A stretch of 14,278 bases of DNA from Oopsacas minuta (lineage: Eukaryota > Animalia > Porifera). Within the stretch, counting starts at the first letter, position 1; every line of letters begins with the position of its first letter. Below, piece after piece: positions 1 to 8,909 of this stretch. Both the position numbers and the translations under genes were made by a program. The notes below the pieces were generated by a model that was not told where the DNA came from, did not search any database, and worked only from the letters and a program-made list of their open reading frames with translations. The stretch is taken from positions 1 to 14,278 of the forward strand of contig JAKMXF010000141.1 of NCBI GenBank assembly GCA_024704765.1, in the 5' to 3' direction.

Positions 1-2232
1 TAGCTTTCCACGTGTCAATTAGTTCCAGTTATAACTACTCACATTCCTTTTATAGAATTAGTTGCTATGCTGTATTAGCTATCACTTTCAATTTGTGATC
101 GTAATCATTTCTTGTATATCCCTCTTTGAAATTTAGACGTGAAAAATATGAAATATAGAGTTTTTGATATTTCATACGGTTTAAAATATTTTACATTGTT
201 AAGGTGTCAATATATGATTTACCACAATTCATGCAGTAATTATTTGAGAATTGTTGTATGAAATATTTCTATTTTGGCAATTCGAACTGCTGAATGCAGA
301 AGTTGATGTGCTTAAGAGATTTTCCCATGGAAATATAGTCAAATACCTCTACACCAAATGTTAAAATATTTGGTTGTTTGGTTGCGAACCAAAGCAACTA
401 AAATAGATATTTGCTGGCAATTAGCCACCGTTTTATGTCTCTATGCAGAATCTGAATATTTTGGCGGCTTAACTAACCCACTAGCTTCAGGTGAAAAGAA
501 TGACTTCGATATTTTATCTTTGATAACAACTAGTGATCACATTTACTTACTACATTATTTCATCGTTTAGGGCTAGGGTGCTCAAAGGGTCACCATTGTC
601 CTGGATGTGTCTGCATTTAAATACATACATACTAGCGCACTTAGCTTAGTAGGTCGCTGCTCAACTGGCGCAAGTATCCTTGAGCTTAGTCCCTTGTTTT
701 ATCATAAGTATAAACAGCTACATTTGTTAGTGCTTTTGGGTTGCTATGTGACGGGATATACTCAGCACTACGTGTCTCGAGGTTAAATTTTTGTGGAATC
801 TTTATTTGTTATTATTTATGATCTAACTAAATTGCATTTAATCGCCTTCTGTGATAATACAGGAGTTCTCACATGGCTTTGGTCAGTGAGGGGTACCTGT
901 GATTCAATTTCAAGCTTCTATCAAGGGTAAACAGCAGGGGGACTAGGTTACCAGGGTGTAGGACGGGGGGAAAAGTGTTTTCACACGTTTACCAGAGGAG
1001 GTATGCGAAGTGTCTAACAAGATTAGGAATATTCTATTTGGTCTTTCTCTGGAACCATTATTACATCTTCAGCTAATTAAGAATGGATTGTAGTATCACG
1101 CTTTCCTTCTTTCATATAAATATTTTCTTGATATTATCATACACGTTTACCTTATAAGGAACTATAGTACAAACTTAAGCTGAATTTTCATATTTTTTTG
1201 TCAATTCCAGCTCAAACTTCCTTAACAATCCCATGTTTTGTTATATTGCAAAATATGTGTTAGCACCACAGTACTGAATATCAGTTGGAATTTCCCTATG
1301 AATACCCATTATTATCTTCAAAAGCATTTACTAATTAGCTGAAGCCAGAACCACCGCCCTACATCATTGTCTGCAAGAATGCGATTATTTTACGCATATT
1401 TGTTCAATTTCTGACTGATTGTAAGTATTCTTGTAGGGTAGAGTACATGGTCTGTACTCCGTACAACAATGTTCCAATTGTTAAATATTCCCTTCGGATT
1501 AGTAATGCATTGAAACAATACAATATCATCTAGAAGCACATTTTAAGGAAATAAGGAGTTGTACAAACGATGAAGACTGCCAACCAGTCATATATAGTAT
1601 TATATATTTATCCGTAGTAGAATTTAACACAACTGGGCAAACCTTTGGAAAATGTTTCAAGCTTGTCTCTTATTCCCTGTTCGTGTTTGAGAGGCAACTT
1701 GGATCCCAGAATTATACCATACCTAGGACCAGGGAATAATTTATTAACATGTATATATCCTTATACGAGTCGTTCGCTTGCTTCCGCTGCGCAGCTTAAG
1801 AACACTGTGTTCGCATGAGACTCGGAACTTCGTCCCACGGAATTACAAAAGTATTATAGTGCAAAATTGAATTAATCCTCGAATATTTAACAATTTGTTT
1901 ACTATATATCCATAAAATCAACAATAAGTTTGAAACTTAAATGCGAAATTCAGATTCAGCGTGCTTGATTACTCTAAAATGTCTGTTGAGAGCAAGTCTT
2001 TGGGTATATTTTTTGAGATTTCAGCTATTTGTTTACTTTATATTCATAAAAACAACAAAAGAATTTACATATGAGTAATTCAAAAGAGTGAAAATTGGAA
2101 TCAGCATACTCGATTACCAAAATGTAATTGTTTACTTTTTCTGAATCGTCAACAGAAGGATAGAAGCTATTCTCTATGTTATATACGCAGATATCTTCCC
2201 CTATTATTATTATTATTATACAAGCGGAGAAA

Positions 2233-2404
2233 CAAACATACAAACAAACATACAAACATACATACATACAAACATACATACAAACAAACACACATACATA
2301 CAAACATACAAACAAACATACAAACATACATACAAACAAACATACAAACAAACAAACATACAAACATACAAACAAACATACAAACAAACAAACAAACATA
2401 CAAA
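2233..2404. repeat. Compound tetranucleotide microsatellite (CAAA/CATA)x43, preceded by (TAT)n at 2202-2219
   Basis: Parsed directly: 43 in-phase 4-mers (24 CAAA, 18 CATA, 1 CACA). It explains the MYVC/QTNK ORFs in the track. Confidence 0.97.
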
Positions 2405-2970
2405 CAATCACATTTACAAAATCTTTGAATAAGTTCACTGTTTAGACAATTAACATTAACAACCTACCTCAATGGCCTCAATCATATCCATACTTTAGGA
2501 TTGTGTACTGTACTAGATAGTTTGGGATCTCCGATTAGTGTCCAAGCTTCCAGAACATGTTGCCCAGATGCGGACTACCATCTGATTGTTTGGTTGGGTG
2601 TTTGGAGCTTGATCTTGTTATTGAAATTAATTTATTCTCTAATGACTTCATTATCAAGCTTTTACTTACTGATACACCTCTTGTATCAGATCTTGGCTCT
2701 TCTAAAGTTCATCTCACATTATTTGATGTTAATAATACTGATAATTTATAAACATAAACCTTGGGGCCTTACATGGTAGGTCCTATTTATATGAAAACTT
2801 TGGTCTCTTGGGGAGGCAAAAATTTTCGTGTCAGAATCTTATTTGTCCAATTTCTAACTTCGATATTTGCGGGCTATTTGATATATTCATGTGTTTGATA
2901 TACCGCTAGTTCATTGTATGATTTATACTTCGATAGTTTTTGTTATATATCAACAGTCGTTTCAATAGTA

Positions 2971-3210
2971 CTGGCTACAGAGAGTGAAGTCCTGGTTACA
3001 AGCCCTACTGACTCTTCTCTGCGTAGTGCTGGAATAGCAGCAGTTAAGAAGGAGTATATCCTGAAGAGAGTGAGAGAGGATGCGTCAGGAGATGGTAAGC
3101 AGGGTAAGAAGAAGGCTAGAGGACAGAATAAACACAGACCTAGATCAGCTCGAGAGCTTCCTCACCACAGACTATGTCGGTCTATTGTCAGAGGTTCTCA
3201 ATGCTCTGCA
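2971..3210 (+). CDS. DUS3L: DUS3L coding exon 1 (5' end uncertain; frame open from 2899, candidate CTG start at 2971)
   Basis: Encodes AGIAAVKKEYI and KKARGQNKHRP..RLC, matching the Dus3 N-terminal motifs (GVAPIKxxYL, KRARGQNKxRP). Donor GCA|GTGAGT at 3211, phase 0. Confidence 0.85.
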
Positions 3211-3255
3211 GTGAGTTAGTCTTATATTTTAATGACTATACCTTCACAGTTATTA

Positions 3256-3422
3256 TTGTAATTCTCAAACTCAAACTCTCATGGGATATGGCCACATTGT
3301 TTAGGAAATTTCTATCATAGCCAGACGCAGGTATTTGGTCAAGTTTGCTCAAATTGGTCATGAAGCTTCAATTTGACCAAATCTTTTATCAAATCTCTGT
3401 GAGCACAGGTTGAGAAACCCTA
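3256..3422. mobile_element. Possible degraded hAT/Charlie-like MITE relic with central hairpin
   Basis: TTCTCAAAC (3262-3270) and GGTTGAGAAACCC (3408-3420) form inverted ends resembling hAT-Charlie termini. Internal perfect 10-bp inverted repeat ATTTGGTCAA (3333-3342)/TTGACCAAAT (3373-3382) around palindrome TGAAGCTTCA (3361-3370). No TSD seen. Confidence 0.3.
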
Positions 3423-3856
3423 CTTTACGTACATAAACAGTGAAGTAAGCAATTACGTAAGGTACAAGCACTTATTTTGTAAGTAACGTAATAGACATAT
3501 TATTATTATTAATATTCATTATTGATTATATCAGAATATCGCACGCCCGATTTTCCCCGGAGTTACTTAGAGTTTGTATGTAGCATCCTAGGTTCCTGCT
3601 TAGGATATTTACTGTCTTTTATTACAGAATTTATATTTACGGAACAAAACTAGATTATTATGTATGATGACGTCACAAATGATGGATAATGATAACGCAA
3701 TGCAATCTTCAGTTAGCATGTTTTGGATAACCAATGATACGTAATATATCTACCATTTTACACCTATCAGTTACGAAATGATCTGGGAGGGGTTGTCATC
3801 TTGTCACCTTGTCAGCTTGCTATAATAAGATTTTAGTTATCGTTTTTTCTTCTCAG

Positions 3857-4226
3857 ATACCAAACTGTAGATTTCTTCATTCTGTGGATGATTATCTAGC
3901 TAACAAGCCTGCTGACTTAGGAGATAAATGTATACTCTATGAAAGAGATGGAGAATGTCCTTACGGAGTTACCTGTAGATTTATGAAGGGACACTCCCAG
4001 ACAGGAAAAGTAGTAGATAGAGTTAAAAGGGAGAAACAGCCCTCAAATTACAATTTCCTTTACAGTCAATTGAGAAAGGGAAAGGTTGATCTCCCTCGTT
4101 CCGACAAATATCTACAAACCATGGATTCAAAGAATAATTCTAGTAAAGAAATTGCTAAAACAGAATCTACTGATAATAGTGTGAATAGTACAGTTATTCC
4201 TATACAGACTGTTACTCCTGTTGATT
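3857..4226 (+). CDS. DUS3L: DUS3L coding exon 2 (completes CCCH finger 1, contains finger 2 and linker)
   Basis: Acceptor TTTTTTCTTCTCAG|ATA. Splicing rebuilds C-x8-C-x5-C-x3-H (CRSIVRGSQCSA|IPNCRFLH). YLANKPADLGDKCILYERDGECPYGVTCRF matches Dus3. Donor T|GTAAGT at 4227, phase 1. Confidence 0.95.
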
Positions 4227-4271
4227 GTAAGTTTATATATATTTATCAGGTACCAATTCATTTCACTAATG

Positions 4272-4443
4272 CAGTCGAACCTGCATAAATCGACACCTCT
4301 ATGTTCCGGATGAACTCTATAACCCCTCAGTGTTTCTGATATGAAATAGCTTCCGACAATACAAATTCATTTGCATAATCCAACAATTTTCTAAACCGAC
4401 AAATTTTCATGTCTCAACGAGTGCGGTTTTGCAGGTTCCACTG
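4272..4443. mobile_element. pogo/Tc1-mariner-type MITE, 172 bp
   Basis: TIR CAGTCGAACCTGCA vs reverse complement of the right end CAGTGGAACCTGCA (13/14). Right flank TA, left flank TG (decayed TA TSD). Confidence 0.7.
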
Positions 4444-5158
4444 TACATTCTCAGGGATTATCGACTTAGTATTAATTAGAAATTTCCTAAGTCCGCCTAT
4501 ATCGTAGGAGAGGAAAGATGTCTAGAAAGTTCTGCCCCTTGAATTAGATAATGTATTCAGTTATTATCCATGGTGTAAGAAAACTAATACGTACGTAAAC
4601 GTATTTTGTAAAAATCAATATTACCTTTTACCCAAATTATCGATTTGTAAACTTTCCAATTGAATTCAATTGTAGAATATTTTGTTTGATATTTTGATTC
4701 CTGGTCCACCGACTCTTGACCAATGAACATGACGCAAACATTTTAGAGGCCACACGTCCCAGGTTGCTGTCTACCGGCTTAAGCATTTGAACTTTCCTAA
4801 AGTTATGATTTAATATAGAGAGAGTTTGATTTGTATATTATGTGATTGAACTTTTCTATCTGATATAGTAGACCTCGTATGAAACCTAACCCTCTAGAAA
4901 CTGAAATTAGTACAATATCATAAAAATTCGTCTTAGTGAAACTGATCTTTCTGATCTTCCGTTTATAAGTGTAACCGATTGTAATCAAACTAGATTTGTT
5001 ATTTATTTCCAAATTTACTATTTGCGATCAATTCGTAGAATTCCACTGCAAAGTTATTTTTATTCATTTCCAATCATTGGGATCGAAAATCTCAATTTTA
5101 GATTTTAATAATTTGATTGACTTTAATGAACTGTTACCGTAATCACCTGAAGGTAATC

Positions 5159-5410
5159 GTTATACCCTGCTGAGTGCTACTCTACAGTTATACCCTGCTG
5201 AGTGCTACTCTACAGTTATACCCTGCTGAGTGCTACTCTATCGTTATACCCTGCTGAGTGCTACTCTATCGTTATACCCTGCTGAGTGCTACTCTATCGT
5301 TATACTCTGCTGAGTGCTACTCTATCGTTATACCCTGCTGAGTGCTACTCTATCGTTATACCCTGCTGAGTGCTACTCTATCGTTATACCCTGCTGAGTG
5401 CTACTTTATA
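5159..5410. repeat. 28-bp minisatellite x9 (GTTATACCCTGCTGAGTGCTACTCTATC)
   Basis: Units start at 5159, 5187, 5215, 5243, 5271, 5299, 5327, 5355 and 5383, head-to-tail with no spacers. Confidence 0.97.
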
Positions 5411-5500
5411 TTAAACTCTTTTAATTAGAAATCCATACATAGCAACCTATTATCTTTTAAGAATGTTTATATGTAGCTGATAGAAAAACACCCTTCTTAA

Positions 5501-6328
5501 CTTCATTTAATCACACTGGAACAATTCGTATCAGTAGAATATACACATACACTACAATCACTATGCAGCCCATCAGATATTGATATAGACAGATCTACTG
5601 GCCTCATTTATGTAACTGATGAAAAACCATTTGGTAGAGTATCAATCTTCTCTTCTTGTTTAGAATTTATTACTACATTCACTCACGTAGAATTGAACTA
5701 TCCATTAGTTATATTCCTTACAAGAGATAACGTATATGTATCTGACTGGAATATTTGTAACCTATTTCATTTCAGTGAAGATAGCGGCTATTGTAAAATA
5801 TCGAATGTAAATTGTCTTAATACACCAAGTACGGAATATGTTAATGCACACGGATTCGCTTTTTCTGAGCACGAAGATTTGTATATACCAGATCCTTGTC
5901 TTAACAATATAAGAGTATTAGACGCTAATCACTTTACTTATAAAAGCTGTATCACACATCCCTCTCTAATCCGTCCCTGTATTATTAGAATATCATCAGA
6001 TATTCTCTATGTAAAACTGCTTAGAGCTAGTAGAGAAATTCTCCTATTTACACTAGATGGTAATAATATTAACTCTTCTTTAACACAAGAACTCCGGAAT
6101 CCACTCATCAAGACTCATAATTTCTGGGTTGATCCGTACAATGGTAATTTGATAATCAGTGATATGAAAGTTATACAAATATTTTCACAACAAGCCAAAC
6201 ACTTACATACAATAGATGTCATAGACAAGTCAATGATTCCAGTAAATGTAGCAGTCACCTGTGATAATAATATAGTAGTGCTGTACTATGATTCTAGAGC
6301 TGTTGTGTACGCGTTTACCTGCTTTTGA
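5501..6328 (+). CDS. NHL-repeat six-bladed beta-propeller ORF nested in DUS3L intron 2; no in-frame ATG upstream of the propeller (partial gene, alternative exon or pseudogene)
   Basis: Frame is open from 5501 (after TAA 5498-5500) to TGA 6328, longer than the ORF track shows. Six NHL-like blades: SPSDIDIDRSTGLIYVTD..RVSIFS; YPLVIFLTRDNVYVSD; HGFAFSEHEDLYIPD..IRVLD; RPCIIRISSDILYV; NFWVDPYNGNLIISD..IQIFS; PVNVAVTCDNNIVV. Confidence 0.75.
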   Translation, partial: LHLITLEQFVSVEYTHTLQSLCSPSDIDIDRSTGLIYVTDEKPFGRVSIFSSCLEFITTFTHVELNYPLVIFLTRDNVYVSDWNICNLFHFSEDSGYCKISNVNCLNTPSTEYVNAHGFAFSEHEDLYIPDPCLNNIRVLDANHFTYKSCITHPSLIRPCIIRISSDILYVKLLRASREILLFTLDGNNINSSLTQELRNPLIKTHNFWVDPYNGNLIISDMKVIQIFSQQAKHLHTIDVIDKSMIPVNVAVTCDNNIVVLYYDSRAVVYAFTCF

Positions 6329-6594
6329 AATGTATTGATAATTATTTGTTGAGCATTTTTAATATGGATATAACTTTTCTTCCGCTTGTCCAGTAATTAC
6401 ACTTTCACTACTCGGACAGTAGGGAAGAACTTTGTTCAAATTTCTTTTTAAACAGAAGCTTCAGACTGCTTCAGTACTTGTATTTCTGACGTTGTAATGT
6501 TGTTAGTTCTGTTTTGATAGAAATGGGTCTCTTATATACTACGTATTAGATATTTAACCATGGATAGCGGATCTCATTTACTTTTGTTTAATTG

Positions 6595-8694
6595 GGGCAA
6601 ACTGCATTTGTCAGAATCTTTAAGTTATTTTTTGTCAGAATGGAATTTTGCATAACTGGCATTTATCAGAATGGACTTTTCCAGAACTGGCATTTGTCAG
6701 AATTGTCACGTTTCAGAAATTACACTTTTCTTGTGTCACTTTGAAGTTTGAAATATATGATGATAAATTGTATATTAGAGGTTTTAATGTTAGCATAATG
6801 AATGAATATCAATTAGTAAATCTTTCCATTCTGGCATTTATATTGCTATGACATATAGGGCAATTCTGTCCTAAGTTAACAATCCTCTCGCTGCAATCGC
6901 CACAAAAGCTAGCATGTCTGTAGGGTATGAATGCCCATGTATTACTTCTTTGAGAAAGGCATACAACGCAAATAGGTCTGTGTTGATGTTTTGATCATCA
7001 TATCTTAACCTTCACCTTCAGAAAATTCTGATTCACTTGATGGAGGGATAGTTTTGATGTTCCCAACTGTGCGACTCATCGATTGAAGAAACTCCCATGG
7101 GTTTATTTGTCCAACACTAAGTTTTTGTTTGAAAACAATCCTTTGTTCTTCATTTTTGATATCGGTTTTACATCTCTGCCTGCTAATTTATCTTCTTTGA
7201 TGCAGGCGACGAATGTCATTATCAGTGTCCTGAATTATCTCATTGAGCTTTGTTATGAAAGTCCATATTCAAGGATGGTTGCATCTGATACTAGTCTTTA
7301 ATTTGGAGTGATAACTCTCTGCTCCGTTGTTCATAGAGATAGTAATATCATGTATGGAGAGTTCTTCAGGGGATATTTGGTGAAGCCAACGCTTCTTGAA
7401 ATATTTCATAAGTTTTCTAATCTCGGCACGTCTTCAGTTGGTACTGCAGAAATTTTGATCAAAGTAAAAGTGATTAGGGCAGCAGTCAAAATGGAATAGC
7501 CATTAGTTGTCGTAAAGCTTGGCGATATGTCCGTTGTTCTTAAAACTTTGACTCAGTCCCAATTTCTGAGTTTTCGCTCAAATTCTTTGCGTGTAGTGGA
7601 ACCAGCACCCTTATACTTTCATTTGAGGATAAAATTCTCTAAAAGCGTTCCGAGCACCAGGTTCCCAATCAGACATGGATGCAATTGGTTGAAATTGAGG
7701 CACATGTAACACTAGATCTCTCAAAATAGCCGAGTATAGTTCTTGACTCTTACACGTAAGTAGACAGTGGATTGCAGGCATCGTATGTCTACCAACAGCG
7801 ACAAATATTGTCCATAGTTGATAAAACTGAATGGGGACAGTTTGAAAGGTACCATCAAACTGGATGTTCTCTGCCTCATTGAGTAATGTGATCATTTCAT
7901 TTGAATAGAATATTACGGCTGTTTGAATTCCATGTGTTACCGAAAATTTATAATAATCTTTAAAGGTGGAAGTCGCTTACATTTCACAGAACTCTGCAGC
8001 AGAAGAAGGGATTTTGGGTTGAAGTGTCCTTCTCGCGCGATAGATTACTGACTCGCATTCCACAAATGAGATATCAGCTGCATGTGGATTCTTTCTGGTT
8101 GATCATCGAATACTTCCCTAAGATTCGTTCGTGAATGTTTAGCGAGAGTTTTGCATCTTGTCTTAAGCTGGTAAACCGCAGCATTATAATCATCCATTCT
8201 ATGATTATGTGAATTCATCGGAGTGACTAAATTTCTCGAACTATTTAGTTTACTAGTTCCTTTGCACCCACACCTGAATTAAGCGCATTTAAGATAGATA
8301 CAATCTTCGGTAATCTTTGAATGAACATAGTTGTATCCATCTAGAGTTGTAACAACTTTACTTAGTGAACGTTTGTACTCTTGTATTGTTAATTCCATTT
8401 TCGATTATACCTCGAGTAATTCGAATTAGGATTTATACTAGTCAATCCCATTGTCAACTAGTGTTTGCAGTTACACAGTAGTGTAACCTTATCCTTCACA
8501 ATAAATTGTTGACACCCACATAGATAACAAATTGATTATTATACAACATATTGGCTTCTCGAGGTGAAGAATAACTAACAAATTTTAAATGTGGCCGAAA
8601 TATGAATTCTTACAAAATCCTAATTGAATATCATTTCAAAAGTCCATTCTGACAAATGCCACTTCTGCAAAAGTCTGACAAACGCATGCAGCCC
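6595..8694 (-). mobile_element. Full-length Mutator-like (MULE) DNA transposon, 2100 bp
   Basis: Perfect 9-bp TSD GTTTAATTG at 6586-6594 and 8695-8703. Termini GGGC...GCCC with 16/21 terminal TIR identity. Subterminal 36-mer at 6645-6680 matches the reverse complement of the right arm at 32/36. Internal MULE transposase remnant. Confidence 0.95.
6809..8398 (-). pseudogene. Decayed MULE transposase: FLYWCH/WRKY-like Zn finger, DDE core, C-terminal RING finger
   Basis: ATG at 8398: DGYNYV..YLKC..C..HNH; YRARRTLQPKIP; D in QFDGTF (7854-7856); D in SDWE (7668-7670); GCWFH (CxxH); E in NNGAESYH (7317-7319); CVVC..PYRH..CGDC..CPIC; stop 6809-6811. In-frame stops at 8279, 7977, 7611, 7578, 7269, 7188 and 7005, plus several frameshifts. 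Confidence 0.92.
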
Positions 8695-8909
8695 GTTTAA
8701 TTGAAATCCTCCCTCAATTCACGCATGAAATTTGTTTTTAATATTTTGAGGGAATTTGTTGCATCGTGTATGGTAGGCTTAGAATTTGGTCATACGTATA
8801 TACACATGCATTTAAATGATTCAAAGTAGTTCTCTGTCACAATACAATCTGAGTATGATTATTACGTCACTCATTATATTCATGTATACATTGTATATAA
8901 TACATTACA

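Noticed and set aside
1067-1344. Perfect 13-bp inverted repeat CTTCAGCTAATTA 278 bp apart
   Set aside because: No TSD and no extension of the arms. Close to chance expectation.
2025-2445. ORFs 2025..2438, 2176..2445, 2179..2403 and 2216..2407
   Set aside because: They are translations of the CAAA/CATA microsatellite. Only the non-repeat tail is kept, as a speculative exon.
2501-2779. ORFs 2501..2779 and 2557..2751
   Set aside because: No recognisable motifs, and no convincing splice path to DUS3L exon 1.
3301-4490. Perfect 14-bp inverted repeat (3301-3314 / 4477-4490) flanking exon 2
   Set aside because: AT-rich. About one such match is expected by chance in a window this size.
4657-4672. 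16-bp palindrome CAATTGAATTCAATTG
   Set aside because: AT-rich and isolated. Expected at roughly this frequency by chance.
5159-5410. 28-bp repeats as a CRISPR array
   Set aside because: No spacers, no cas genes, eukaryotic context.
5646-5663. Strong-looking acceptor TCTTCTCTTCTTGTTTAG inside the NHL ORF
   Set aside because: The pyrimidine run is explained by coding sequence (RVSIFSSCLEF), and splicing from exon 2 would give an immediate TAA.
6328-6970. RING (MULE) plus NHL as parts of one TRIM-NHL gene
   Set aside because: They are on opposite strands in convergent order, and the RING is collinear with the transposase inside the TSD.
7083-7709. Plus-strand ORFs 7083..7301, 7308..7499 and 7527..7709
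   Set aside because: Antisense shadows of the decayed MULE transposase.
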